The position numbers and the translations under genes are program-made. Shown in pieces: positions 1 through 12,905 of a DNA stretch of 64,000 nt. Numbering within the stretch: the first letter of the stretch is position 1; each line of letters begins with the position of its first letter. Source of the DNA: Eledone cirrhosa (taxonomy: Eukaryota); assembly GCA_964016885.1 (NCBI GenBank), contig OZ024745.1, forward strand, positions 129,270,001 to 129,334,000. The letters run 5' to 3'. The notes beneath the pieces are model-generated. The model saw nothing but the letters and a program-made list of their open reading frames with translations. It had not been told where the DNA came from and did no database searches.

Positions 1-660
1 TGGTGGTGGTGGTGGTGGTGGTGGTGGTAATGATAACGTTGATGATGTTAGTAATTAGTAGTGTTGACAGTGATGTTAATGATGATGAAGGGTGAGGTGG
101 AATCGATGGTGGTGGTGGTGGTGGTGTTGGTGGTGGTGTTGGTGGTAGTGGTGTTGGTGGTGGTGTTGGTGGTGATGGTGGTGGTGGCGGTGGTGATGGT
201 GGTGGTGGTGGTGGTGATGGTGGTGGTGGCGGTGGTGGTGGTGGTGGTGGTGGTGGTGGTGGTGGTGATGCTGTTTATGGTGGTGGTGGAGGTGGTGGTG
301 GTGGTGGTGGTGGTGGTGTTGGTGGTGGTGTTGGTGGTGGTGGTGTTGGTGGTGATGGTGGTGGTGGCGGTGGTGATGGTGGTGGTGGCGGCGGCGGTGG
401 TGGTGGTGGTGGTGGTGGTGGTGGTGGTGGTGGTGGTGGTGGTGGTGGTGGTGGTGGTGGTGGTGATGCTGTTTATGGTGGTGGTGGAGGTGGTGGTGGT
501 GATGCTGTTTATGGTGGTGGTGGTGGTGATGGTGGTGGTGATGTTGTTTATGGTGGTGGTGATGGTGGTGATGTTGTTTATGGTGATTGTGATGGTGGTG
601 GTGGTGATGTTTGTGCTAGTGGTGGTGGTGATGTTGTTTGTAGTGATGAGGGTGGGGTAG
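1..660. repeat. (GGT)n degenerate trinucleotide microsatellite
   Basis: Near-continuous GGT/GAT triplets; gives the poly-Val pseudo-ORF 61..660. Confidence 0.95.
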
Positions 661-829
661 AAATCCTACCGGCGAAGGAAGGAGATGATAAGACAGACCA
701 TTGCTGGCTGCTTTTATAAGTTAAGGGGTGGGGCTTGTTGCATTTAATGGGTACTTGTGACACTTTTGGGTGTCTGGAGGTATATGTTTGGTCCTAGCTA
801 ATGAGACCAAATGAGTATGTATCCACACG

Positions 830-1375
830 CATGCGCACACACATACGTAGACACCCAGATGCACACATATACTCATACCTATGTACACACGTGCATAACA
901 CACACACGCCCACACAACACATGTACAAGACACCCACTACATATAGTACACACAGTACAGACACACAGACACACAGACACACAGACACGCACATACACAT
1001 ATATATACTCATACTTATGTACACACACGTGCATAATACACACAGCCACACAACACACATACATTTACCATAAACACTCACAAAACACACACTACACACA
1101 GTATACACAGTACACACACACAGACACACAAAAGCACACACATACTTCTACCTATGTACACACACCCACTACACACACTACACACCAATACACGCAGTAC
1201 ACATACATAGACATACAAAAGCGCACACTTACTTCTACCTATGTACACACACAGGACACCCACTACACGCAGTACAAACAGTTCACATACATACACACAA
1301 ATACCCACATATACATTCACCATAAACGCACACAACACACCCCCACATAACGACACACACACACAAACGCACTAG
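830..1375. repeat. CA/TA-rich low-complexity tract
   Basis: Degenerate CACA/TACA repeats with an internal duplication (gtacacacgtgcataa... at ~882 and ~1019). Confidence 0.8.
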
Positions 1376-1497
1376 AACATACACTATCATAAATGTAACA
1401 TAAGTGTACACATGTAATACGTTCTTTAAAGTATCTGACTTCATTTATGTCGATAAAAATACACGAGGTTAAGATGATAACTTAAACCGTGGAGTTG

Positions 1498-1784
1498 CAG
1501 ATCTGTCCTGACACACCAGATCTGTTGACACACCAGATCTGTTGACACACCAGATCTGTCCTGACACACCAGATCTGTCCTGACACACCAGATCTGTTGA
1601 CACACCAGATCTGTTGACACACCAGATCTGTCCTGACACACCAGATCTGTCCTGACACACCAGATCTGTTGACACACCAGATCTGTCCTGACACACCAGA
1701 TCTGTCCTGACACACCAGATCTGTTGACACACCAGATCTGTTGACACACCAGATCTGTTGACACACCAGATCTGTTGACACACC
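1498..1784. repeat. 17/19-bp minisatellite GACACACCAGATCTGT(T|CCT), ~16 units
   Basis: Two unit variants alternate; each contains the palindrome CAGATCTG; no unique spacers. Confidence 0.95.
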
Positions 1785-1817
1785 ATTAATGAGGTTCCAT
1801 TAATGAGGTTCCATTAA

Positions 1818-2214
1818 TGGGGCGGTAGATTGGCACTATCTGTAGAGGGTCTGACGCCATGCTCTGCAGCAAGGAGTTACGGCCCTTTATGGTTTGATTT
1901 CAAATCCCGCCGAGGTTAGCTTTGCTTTCACCCTTACGGGGTCGATGAAATAAAGTACCAGTAATGCACTGGGTAATTGCTGGCCTTGTGCCTAAAGTAG
2001 AAACAATTATTAATCCCGCCGAAAGGGGTGGATTGGCAGTAATGGTAGAGGGTCTGACGCCATGCTTTGCAACAAGGAGTTACGGCCCTTTATGGTCTGA
2101 GTTCAAATCCCGCCGAGGTTAACTTTGCCTTTCATCTTTACGGGGTCGATCAAATGAAGTACCAGTAACGTACTGATAATTGCTGGCCTTGTGCCAAAAG
2201 TAGAAACAATTATT
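1818..2214 (+). mobile_element. SINE family 1 (tRNA-derived), head-to-tail dimer 1818-2012 and 2024-2214
   Basis: B-box-like GAGTTCAAATCC, core CTTTGCCTTTCATCCTTACGGGGTCGATAAAATAAAGTACCAG, tail GGCCTTGTGCCAAAAGTAGAAACAATTATT; flanked by repeated GAGGTTCCATT (probable TSD). Confidence 0.9.
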
Positions 2215-2275
2215 GAGGTTCCATTCTTAACTATCCACGCCACTCAACCGCGTAGATATTTTCTACTTGATACTA

Positions 2276-2427
2276 AGGTAAAATTTCGTTATAACGAATT
2301 TTTCAATATAGAGAATTTTGCTTTTCAATGACACTCGATTTGTCTCCGTCGATCTTGCTATAAAGACTTTTTCATTACAACGAATTTTTTTATACCCCGT
2401 GAATTTCATTATAACAAAATTTCAGTA
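2276..2427. mobile_element. Degenerate MITE, Tc1/mariner-pogo-like
   Basis: Imperfect TIRs GTAAAATTTCGTTATAACGAA ... TTCATTATAACAAAATTTCAGT, with an internal copy of the TTA(T/C)AACGAA motif. Confidence 0.55.
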
Positions 2428-2612
2428 TATATTATTCAATGTAAAGTCCTACTTTTAAGACGGAAGGAGATTTGACTGCGAGATCCGATTTATAATCGCA
2501 GCTTTTCCATATATTGTTCCAATAGAAGGGAATGAGATAGCTCTTGTATTAAGTGCATTATTCCTTCTCTCTCTCTTTCTCTCTTTCTCTCTTTCTCCCT
2601 CTCTTTCTCTCT

Positions 2613-2714
<102 letters not shown>

Positions 2715-2732
2715 TGTGTGTGTGCATACATA

Positions 2733-2954
2733 GTCCCGTAACTCCTGATGGAGGCCTAGTGACGATATATTGACATACGGCGTTTCTAGGGTGTTTTAAA
2801 ACCTGGCGGCGCCAACACCTCTCTAGGTTGCAATGCAGCATATAGAGAGTGAGAGAATGAGAATTAAAAAGAGAACTTGACTGGCGCCTTTTTATCGACC
2901 TTCAATGGATGAAAGGCAAAATTGAAAGTTGAACTCAGAGAGCAGAGCTCCGCC

Positions 2955-2956
<2 letters not shown>
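2733..2956 (-). mobile_element. SINE family 2 (family-1 core with a different 3' tail)
   Basis: Core TTTGCCTTTCATCC..GGTCGATAAAAA on minus strand; tail AGAAACGCCGTATG..GAGTTACGGGAC shared with copies at 38.3, 46.8 and 55.4 kb. Confidence 0.75.
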
Positions 2957-3003
<47 letters not shown>

Positions 3004-3010
3004 TACATTT

Positions 3011-3052
<42 letters not shown>

Positions 3053-3055
<3 letters not shown>

Positions 3056-3655
3056 GTTATAGCACATTGGTTTCTCCGGTATTCTCCATTTCATTTTATG
3101 GTGCATACTTCTGTCATTTAATTTCCTTACATGTTTAGCCAGTTTTGACATTTAATGAGAAAGGCGGGCTGTTTGAACCAAGTAAACCTTCTGGGTCTAT
3201 TCCTAAATCTATTATCTGGGGGAACATTTATCTTTGAAACCACTGCCTAGAAAGCCTCTGTTATAATAGGGGGCCTACTTTATCAAATATTGGTGGATGA
3301 TAGATTAGATATTCTATGACATGTGAGGGATTAGAGTGTTAAAAACCAAGATATGTGCGTTTATGGGACACAGGACCCTATGTTAACGGAGGGATTTGCA
3401 AGAACTAGGAAGTCAGCATTAGGTAAGTAATCTAAATTTATGCTAGATATTAATTCTTCACTGAATTTATCTAAGGTATATCCGTCAGGATAGTTTGATA
3501 AGGCCAGGCTATTGTTTCAGTATATACCAATGGCATAGTTAAGGAATTTCTTCTGCAGTGAGTCAAGAATATATGTCCAACCAAGTCGTATACATCAACA
3601 CTTTACATCGAGACATTAAATAAACCCTCTAGTTCAAATTTCCTTATCAAATGAT
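3053..3655 (-). pseudogene. Decayed Penelope-like element RT core and GIY-YIG C-terminal fragment
   Basis: Minus-strand pieces GLFNVSM..DVYDLVG.YILDSLQKKF..IGIY*NNSLA match the PLE RT motif FDVTMG..VCELVG.Y.L..IGLYRDDGL; [23 protein letters not shown] matches the PLE endonuclease; stops and frameshifts. Confidence 0.7.
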
Positions 3656-3849
3656 CCATTGTAAAGTTTATTAATGCAACCTTTCCAACTATCCTATACT
3701 CCTATGACCTTCATATTTATACACAGATACATATACGTCTCATAATATTTACACATATAAAGAAACGTTCACGCAAACGTTTGCAAACACATATGTATAC
3801 AATATACATTTTATGATTTTGACAAAACGCAACAGAAAATTATAGAAAA

Positions 3850-5292
3850 ACAGAACTGACGTCATCATTTTACTGAAGGGACGGGATCGACATCTGATAC
3901 AAATATAAAAAGCATCTAATGTCTATATATTACTTCAAAATATTAATAAATATAGACATTCATGTGATCAAATATATTTTATAATACATATTTCAGAGAT
4001 AAAATAGGTTGATACCTGACATACCTTCACTATGTTGATGGTTATAATTTAGTCATGGCAGTGATTAGTTATGACAAAACTCGATATTTATATACCTTAA
4101 GTTGAAACATGAAAAATTACATATAATACACAGGGTACGTATGAGAATGTGTATAAAGATATATAAATAATTAATAATATATATAATACATAAACTAATA
4201 TAACTGTTAAAAATTTAAATAATAATAATATATTCATACCTCATTATTGTTGATAGTGGAAGTGATAGATCGAGATAGCAAATCATGCGGAAAGAGAGAA
4301 AAAAAGGAGATTTGATCGTAGGAAGAAGAGAAGGGAGAAATGATCAAATGATAGAGAGAGGGAAATAAGTTAAATCGTATAATGAAAGGGAGGGAGATAT
4401 GTATTGTAACATGTAAATAGCGTATAATTAGATAGGGGGAAAGAATAATGCGTGACCGTTTATTTTCAAATCTTAAGTTAATTGAAAATAGTCAATTAAT
4501 CAAATGACATAAGATTTTAGACTATAAAATTTTAAAGGATTTATATTATTGTATTATATCTGAGTTCAAGCAAATGTAACGTGAAAGAGATAAATTTATG
4601 TCTATCATAACTCCAAAGGTATTCACAAATATATTTAAAAGTATATTAAAATCAAGAATATAATCAATATATTAATAAAGAATAACCATTAAATAAAATG
4701 TTATTAATAAGTCATAAAGCATTATAAATGTATTTAATAAGATATTATTAAACCAGATTTATCTAGATATACACATTTGTATAATTTATATATAGCCTAT
4801 AAATTTTAATGCTTAAGACGATATTAGTCACTTATATGTAGTATAATTACTGTTAAGAGTGTTATAAATTTAATTCAACCAGATTTTACTGTATTTAAAA
4901 TTTTACATCAATTTAAGTATACAGAAAAAATTTATCAACTTGGATCTAAGGAGACTTTTATACTATAAATGTATAATCATATCCTCGTGAATCGTAAATA
5001 ACCATTCAAAGTAATTAAACGGTTTACAAGTCTGAATACATTAAAGGTATGAAATATATAAGATATAAGATTTAGAAAATACGAAAACCAAAATTAAATG
5101 TATTTAAACAATCTAAAGGTCATACGTACTCAACAAGAGATCAGGTTAACAATTTCAATGTTAAGGTAGAAACTCTTAATCTAATATTAATAATAGTATA
5201 AATAATAAAAGCATTACAAGAATTTTTAATCTGAGACAATATTGTTTCACACTCAGAGTTATTAATAAACGTCTAAATCATTTCACAGTTAT
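3850..5292 (-). mobile_element. PLE family A AT-rich 3' region / pLTR remnant
   Basis: 3930-4100 is the reverse complement homologue of 63630-63830; lies directly 3' of the GIY-YIG remnant. Confidence 0.6.
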
Positions 5293-6215
5293 TCAATGTT
5301 TTTTCCTGATTTTTTGTGAAGCTTGGAATGTAGATGTAGCTATGTGTAAGCAATTTGAGAATAATTCACTTTTTTTGTTAATTAACTTATCATAATTAGT
5401 AATTATTAATAGGGTCTCTATATCACAAAGATTGCAGTTATACGGAGGAATTAGTGTAGACTTGGCTATTACAAAGTTTTGACCAAAATATTGAGTACTC
5501 TAAATTTTTGTCTTTCAGGGACCATATGAGTTGTGATAAAGAGGTGGAGAATTTCTTGTCTGGATTCGAAAAAGTGTTTGTGATTCGAATAGCTTAATTT
5601 AAAGCTCGATGAGGTTGCTCCTATATAGTTATAGGTGATGTTATTTGCTTTAACAGTACATTTATAAACTAGGTTCTTATCAAGACAATTATTTTGAAGA
5701 GGCCAATTCGATCTATTTCTACAGTTACATTTCTATTTACTGTTAGTACCATTAATGCACTGGGTAATTGCTGGCCTTGTGCCAAAAGTATAAACAATTA
5801 TTATAATTTAAACTATACACGTTATCATTGCTAATAGTTGGAGGTGTTCTGTTGTGAGTGATTAAATTAATGTTATTGTTATTCACAGTATCAATATTAT
5901 TGCTAATGTTAATATTGCCATTATCCCTAATTGTTTGTTGGTTATGATTAAGAATTCTACTATTTATTTTTGCAATGTTCTGTGCCATATTCATAGTTGT
6001 AGAGTAAGATAGCTTAATTGTATGTCTATTGAATATAGAATGGCATTTATGTGTACTGGGAAAGCGTTTATCTAAAGCCTTAAAGAATAAATTTGCCAGG
6101 GGTGTTTTGGTAGCTAAAGATGCGGGAGGTGCATACCAAATCACTGCTTTGGTTCTGATTTTTTTCCGAGATTTATTCATTGATGAATTCATTGAATCTT
6201 GTTAAACTTTTAATT
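5293..6215 (-). pseudogene. Penelope-like element ORF C-terminus (thumb/linker plus GIY-YIG endonuclease), interrupted by a SINE tail
   Basis: KAVIWYAPPAS..FFKALDKRFP..IFNRHTIKLSYSTTMN; CNCRNRSNWPLQNNCLDKNLVYKC..NYIGAT..FK; CNLCDIETLLII..LINKKSELFSNCLH are typical PLE motifs. Confidence 0.85.
5753..5803 (+). mobile_element. SINE family 1 3'-tail fragment inserted antisense in the PLE ORF
   Basis: TAATGCACTGGGTAATTGCTGGCCTTGTGCCAAAAGTATAAACAATTATT. Confidence 0.85.
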
Positions 6216-6890
6216 ATATATATATATATTGGTAAACGGAATAGAAAATGCTGACAAATTGTTCACAGTGAAAAATAGTTTAATTAGGAATAAGTGAGAA
6301 TTAGTAATAGTATTGGTCAGTATTCAGTTTTGGTTTTAAGTTTTACCGGTTGCATGATCAGAGCAAACATCACGGACGCTCTATCTCAAAATTATTTTTG
6401 AAAAGCATTAGAAATGCGCAACCGGTAAAACTTAAAACCAAAACTGAATACTAACTAATACTATTACTAATTCTCACTTATTCCTAATTAAACTATTTTT
6501 CACTGTGAACAATTTGTCAGCATTTTCTATTCCTTTTACCAATATATCATAACTTGTGTGTTACACCTCTATTCTTTTAAATATATATATATATACAAGT
6601 TATGATATATTGGTAAACGGAATAGAAAATGCTGACAAATTGTTCACATATATATATATATATAATTAAAAGTTTAACAAGGTTCAATGTATTCATCAAT
6701 GAATAAATCTCGGAAAAAAATCAGAACCAAAGCAGTGATTTGGTATGCACCTCCCGCATCTTTAGCTATCAAAACACCCCTGGCAAATTTATTCTTTAAG
6801 GCTTTAGATAAATGCTTTCCGAGTACACATAAATACCATTCTATATTCAATAGACATACAATTAAACTATCTTACTCTACAACTATGAAT
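5990..6890. repeat. Nested inverted repeats: outer arms ~5990-6215/6660-6890 (PLE ORF piece), inner arms ~6228-6355/6414-6545, third partial copy 6593-6648
   Basis: ORFs 5752..6192(-) and 6687..6926(+) are near identical; inner arms are reverse complements. Confidence 0.9.
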
Positions 6891-7130
6891 ATATATATAT
6901 ATATATATGTATGTATATGTGTATGAATTCTTTTTCTCACAAGTCAGTTCTTTTGTTGCTACGGACCCCACGACTGAATTACCGGTCGCTGTCTTCAATT
7001 TGCAAAGCCCTTTAAACTGTTATTTATTACTCTGAGGTCCTATACCTTGTCGAGTGCTTGGCTGCACTGCTTAGAGCATTCGTCGGCTTAGCTGCGGCTC
7101 GAGCTGCTTCGAATATGCTGTACTTCCATT

Positions 7131-7190
<60 letters not shown>

Positions 7191-7193
<3 letters not shown>

Positions 7194-7195
7194 TT

Positions 7196-7264
<69 letters not shown>

Positions 7265-7458
7265 GTTATAGCACATTGGTTTCTCCGGTATTCTCCATTT
7301 CATTTTATGGTGCGTACTTCTGTCATTTAATTTCCTTACATGTTTAGCCAGTTTTGACATTTAATGAGAAAGGCGGGCGGTTTTAACCAACTAGACCTTC
7401 TGGGTTTATTCATAAATCTATTATCTGGGGGAACCTTTATCTTTGAAACCACTACCTA

Positions 7459-7461
<3 letters not shown>
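7191..7461 (-). repeat. Direct duplicate of 3006-3252 (PLE fragment plus its microsatellite flank)
   Basis: CATTTA(CA)n(TA)nATGTTATAGCACATTGG...CCTAGAA present twice; same peptide in ORF track. Confidence 0.9.
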
Positions 7462-7535
<74 letters not shown>

Positions 7536-7661
7536 TATATATATGTATATATGTATATATGTATGTATATATATATATATAAATATATGTAAAATCATAT
7601 TATAAAATTAAATTAAATTGTTTAGAACTACAAGTGAAGTCATTCTTTTTCTTTATATATT

Positions 7662-7692
<31 letters not shown>

Positions 7693-7694
7693 TA

Positions 7695-7836
7695 TAGGAA
7701 AAGAGTCAAGACCCCGACGACTGAGCTCTGGTCGTCGGGGTCCCGACGCTTTTCCTATTACCCACTCTACTATCCTAAGTATTGAGTACTCTGATGTGTT
7801 AGGGTCCACCTAGTATCTTACCATACTTTCTTTGTT
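7695..7836. mobile_element. Hairpin-headed element in (TA)n, same family as 44771-44957
   Basis: GACCCCGACGAC..GTCGTCGGGGTC hairpin; ATTACCCACTCTACTA..ATTGAGTACT shared in reverse orientation with 44.8 kb. Confidence 0.7.
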
Positions 7837-8409
7837 ATATATATATATATATATGTATACATGTATGTGCGACAATATTGTTGTTGATGTTGATGTTGTT
7901 AATGTGTACGTTTATGCATGCCACTGTGTTAATCTCATAAGAGTGTTTTATTATATTCTAGCACCCTTTTTTTACAGTAATATAACAAGTGTCTATATCT
8001 ATCAACATTATAAGTATTGAAATCCTGCCAGTTTTATCATTTGACTTATATAATGATTTCTGCTATTGGCATAAGGCCATATATTTTGTGTGAATTCACC
8101 AATCTCAATCACATCTATCGCTCTACTTGACTGGTATTATTTAATCTATTCTTGCAAAGATGGAAGTGGCGGCATTGACTGCTACAAGCTTTGAATTTAG
8201 AGACGTATACAGAATTTTGTAATTAAGTATCACAAGGTATCTTGTCTACCATTGTGTATGAATCTTTCCACTATACCTTGTTTAGATGCCATATATAACA
8301 TCTCAATATGTTTTGTGGTAGAAAAGCAGTCTATTAGCAGATTTGAAAGAATCATATATCTACCGATTTAGGCAGTATTTTGAGATGACGTAGTCTATGG
8401 TAATGTTGA

Positions 8410-8732
8410 GGACCTCCGTCTGTTACGACGGCTAGTGTTCCAGTTGATCCGATCAATGGAACAGCCTGCTCGTGAAATCAACGCGCAAGGGGCCGATCAT
8501 TCCACAGACACACGTACTCATAACGTAGTTCTCAGGGAGATTCAGCGCGACAGAGATTGCGAAAAGGCTGGCCCTTCGAATTACAGGTGCAACTCATTTT
8601 TGCCAGCTGAGCGGACTGGAGTAATGCGAAATAAAGTGTCTTGTTCAAGAACACAATGCACCGCCGGGAATCGAACTCACAACCTTACGATTGTAAGCCG
8701 AATACCTTAACCACACAACCACGTGCCTTCAC
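8410..8732 (-). mobile_element. SINE family 3 (tRNA head plus GTG(T)TCTTGA(A/G)CAAGACACTT domain)
   Basis: Minus-strand head GTGAAGGCACGTGG..TGGTTAAGG..GAGTTCGATTCCC; second copy at 59938-60146. Confidence 0.8.
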
Positions 8733-9221
8733 ATGATAATGCTAGTTGGGAGCTATATTACACGAGCGAACCAAGTTTCCAAAGCATAAGACATCTGGGC
8801 CAGGATACCAAAGATACCACATGTTCCTAAAAGCAATCCCTCCTAATATTTTACACTACTTCCCCAGCTGTTAATGTTCTTTGTAAGTTTTTCATTGATT
8901 TCTTATGAAAGGTGAAACAAAACTGATTCTCAGCGACAGTAATGTTGCTACCTGTGCAGAAACAGTAAATTATTATGCCAATTTCTTGATAGTAAAGTCA
9001 TGAATGTTGTGGTGACGTCATATTAATAAGAATCTTATGACCCACGAGGTATTTTATAATATTTTAACATACTGCTTCTGGAAAATAATAAGCATAGAAA
9101 GGACTGTTTGCTGTTGTTGTCGGAATTATTATTACGTACCCTAGTGGTCAAGGTTACCATGGCTTATTGTGAGCTTTCTCCATGTTTGACCATCGGTGGT
9201 ATATCCACAATTATTATTATT

Positions 9222-9592
9222 ATTATTGCGAAGGGTCTTTGGAGTAACGTTACTCGAAAGAGTGCGTAATTCCGAGATCACAGAGTCAACACAGGTAGAG
9301 CCCTTACTTCTCCGAATTGAGAGATCACAGCTCCGATACTATGGACATGTGGTTAGAATGTCTCAGGAAAGAATCACTGAACAGATTTTACGGGCCAAAC
9401 AAACCGACAGGAAACCCAGGGTTAGACCCCCTCGCACGATGGTTGGATCCATGAGCTTGGCTGGTCTCGCTTGGGGATCCAGCCGGATCAGTTAGAGATG
9501 GTTGCTTCGGACAGGACTTGCTAGAAGGAGTGTTTAAGGACTCTGTCCCACGATACTCTCAGGAATAAGTGGGCGAAGAAGAAGGATAAGAT
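9222..9592 (+). mobile_element. RTE-clade LINE 3' fragment
   Basis: LRRVFGVTLLERVRNSEI...IERSQLRYYGHVVRM..RKPRVRP C-terminal motif; GAAGAAGAAG-type tail. Confidence 0.85.
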
Positions 9593-11419
9593 TATTTTTG
9601 CTGTTTAGCTTCTGATTTATTGAACGTACCTATGATTGAAGGCGTTCCAGCCATGGCTTACTTATCTTTTTTCGAGATATTACGCATCAATGACTGTATT
9701 ATCTGGCAACAGGTAGAGGCAATACGTAGAGGCTCTGTTTTTCGCTCATAGAAAAAAAAACCTGTCTCCATCAAATGTTTAATTTTGCAGATGGAATTAA
9801 GATAAGGTTAAATTAGACTATACATAGGTTAACCTCTCAGTGAAAGTTGTTTCATTGAGAATCGATCCGGAACAGCCAAGTGTAGTAAGTTGTTCATGTC
9901 CCAATCTTTCAGCTGTTTAAAATTCTGGAGTCTTGTAAATTTAAAAACATTGTTTCTTTTATTACGTATTGAATTTATAAAAAAGAAAATCATTATTTTA
10001 TTTGAAATGCCTTTCAATATATAACGTTTTTTCATTACGTTCTAAACTCAAATCCTATTGAATTAAATGTATCTCCCATTCGTCTAAGGTCGATAAATTA
10101 TGTATATATTGAACGTTAAAGAAATATACATTTTCCTTAACAATTTCGTCAATGAGAGTAATCAGTATTAATTGAATTAAAATCAATATTGATGCCCGAG
10201 ACATCATAAAACCGAACTAAATGCATTCCTGTATTTTCAGTTTTGTTCTCAGTTACCAGTTCATAATCCATCGACAGCATCTTTGTCTTTCATCTCACGG
10301 TCGATAAAATCCATTTCCCATTAGATAAAAGGGTAAAAATCATTCTACCATATTCCTGCAATTTGCAAGTTCGGCATTATGCCGAAAACAATTGTACAAC
10401 ACACATAAAGTATATCAGTTAATTAATTCTCTATAGGAATATGTATGTAGCGTTGCTATGAAACTATTTTGGAGTTATATGACAGAGAGAAAATAAATGG
10501 TTCTTTGAGCTTAGTAATTTTGATATCGAACTAGTTGGGTCTGATTCTGCTTCAGTGCAGTTAGAAGCACTGGAGCTCTATCAGTATATATCTTCTTAGG
10601 ATCTAGGCTGTGTTACACACCACCAAACACCGTACTATAATATTTTCTCAATCATTCATCTTCAGAGAAGTTGGTCTCAGGAATCTCCTCACAACCAAGT
10701 TTTCCGTACAGGCATCAACCTACAGAAGTGGAAGCTAAGCATCAACCGGAAATAAAAAGGTCATTGCCCTTCGCCATCACTGCAGATTAATTAAATATAA
10801 ATAAAAGTGTAACAACTTGGCAACGAATGTATGATGAAGAGGAAGTTTTTAGACAGCTTCGATTGTTAGAACGAACATACGGGTCTCTTGACAGAATGAT
10901 CGAATTTTAAACCCACCTCGAATATGACAGGTAGTATAATGCTTGTATACGAAGTTTATTGAAGAATATATACTTGAAACATTAAAGTCATTGAGTAATT
11001 ATGCAAAATTTATGCCACACATTCGTAACATGAATAATATCACATAATACACAACGACAAGCAGTACATTCACAGATAGCATTTGTATCACATTAATATT
11101 TGGTCAGACATTTTCAACAGATTTGAGAGTCTGGATACAATCCAAGGAAGAATCGTCAACAATATGGATCTTAATTTATCATGTCGGCTACAATGACAAT
11201 CACACTGTCGAAATGTCTTTTCTATAAATATTTTCATGTTAATAGTTCTGAGGAGCTTTCGTCTTTGTTCCCTCGTCTTTATGAGTTAATCGGAGTACCA
11301 GAAGGAAGGAGAAGAATTTGAAATATGGATGAGAGTAAGAAAATGAAAACAAGGCGGGGGGGGGGGGGATATTTGTAATAGGAAAATACGTCTGTAGTTA
11401 GTCAAGCATGAATATATAT

Positions 11420-11450
<31 letters not shown>

Positions 11451-11452
<2 letters not shown>

Positions 11453-11730
11453 AGTTAAAAGAATGAAATAAAAATTCAAGTCATTAGAAATATACTTCAC
11501 TGCTTTACGATCGTTTCTAGGTGATAATAATACACCGTACGCATATTCCGTTATCGATCTATGTAGGTTTAGTTACAAAATATCAAATTTTTTTGATATT
11601 TTCTAACTAACCCTACATAGATCGATAACGAAATAGCGTACGATGTATTATTATCACCTAGAAACGATCGTAAAGCAGTGAAGTATATTTCTTATGACTT
11701 GAATTTTTATTTCATTGTTTTAACTTATAT
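11451..11730. repeat. ~140-bp-arm fold-back palindrome with hammerhead 3' half
   Basis: Arms are reverse complements around ~11590; GAAACGATCGTA at 11661-11672. Confidence 0.9.
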
Positions 11731-11880
11731 CATGACTCTGTTTTCCTTTGGATGTTTTATTGTTTTCCGGGATTTATTTTAACCTACAACATTTTCAACA
11801 TATGGATTACATTGAGTTCTTCATGCAGACTAGACCCCACAACTTACCGTGGATATTTATGTGTGTATATATATATACAC

Positions 11881-12017
<137 letters not shown>

Positions 12018-12704
12018 AACACCATATTTACAAGGAGGAGGCTATCCCACTGTGCAGGATCTGTGGAGAGAGAGAGAGGAGACTGTGGCTCACATTGTAT
12101 CCGAGTGTAAACACCTACCCCAGACTCACTATAAAGGCTGGAGACATGATGTGATGGGCAGGGTGATCCACTGGCACCTATGCAAAGTAAACAATTTACC
12201 ACATTCTGAGAAGTGGTATGAGCATAAGCCAGAGTCAGTGATAGAAAACGATCAGGTGAAGGTGCTGTGGGATTTTAGGATACAGACGGACAAGAAACTG
12301 GAACACAATAGACCTGACCTGGTGGTTTTGGACAAGGAAAAAAGATCGTGCCTGATTGTGGATGTGGCCTGCTCATTCGACACGAGAGTGCAAGAGAAGG
12401 AGAGGGAGAAAATTAACCGATACCAAGACTTAAAGTGGAAGGTAAAAAGGATTTGGAACTGCCATGAAGTCAAAGTGGTCCCGATTGTCATAGGCGCACT
12501 AGGTACTATCTCAAAGAGTTTCCAGGGATGGTTAAAGAAAATTGGCCCCGACCCGCTTTTTGGAACACTTCAAAAGGTATGCTTGCTGGGAACAGCAAGA
12601 ACCCTCCGATACGTCCTGAATATCTGAGGGTGCTGGTAGTGGCTTGATATTCATTTCAACAAACTTTCCAGTTAACTGACATCAATGACTGAGACTCAAA
12701 GAAC
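12018..12704 (+). mobile_element. R4/Dong-like non-LTR retrotransposon 3' fragment (CCHC knuckle plus RLE endonuclease)
   Basis: CRICG..(frameshift in GA run)..ETVAHIVSEC, RHD, LWDF.IQTD..HNRPDLVV, IVDVA, EK..RYQDL, VVPIVIGALG; stop at 12627; bounded by (TAA)n on both sides. Confidence 0.92.
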
Positions 12705-12721
12705 AATAATAATAATAATAA

Positions 12722-12905
12722 TTTTTTCTACTTTTGGCACAAGGCCAGCAATTACCCAGTACATTACTGGTACTTTATTTTATCGACCCCGTATGGATGA
12801 AAGGCAAAGTTAACCTCGGCGGGATTTGAACTCAGATCATAAGGGGATGTAACTATGCTGGAAAGCATGTTCGAGCCTCTACCGATACTGCCAATTCACC
12901 GCCCT
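12722..12905 (-). mobile_element. SINE family 1
   Basis: Full head-core-tail reverse complement inside a TAA tract. Confidence 0.9.

Noticed and set aside
1498-1784. Palindrome-containing repeat as CRISPR or iteron array
   Set aside because: No spacers; simple two-variant minisatellite
1818-1910. tRNA genes at SINE heads
   Set aside because: A/B-box-like motifs only, no full cloverleaf, always fused to SINE bodies
6352-6425. Hammerhead in the inner spacer (CATGATCA...GAAATGCGCA)
   Set aside because: Core too degenerate, with no CUGANGA or NUH; left uncounted
9828-9884. Candidate 57-nt exon (TAG..GTAAGT; VNLSVKVVSLRIDPEQPSV)
   Set aside because: Weak acceptor, no recognisable homology, no partner exons; spliced RNA-seq reads would be needed
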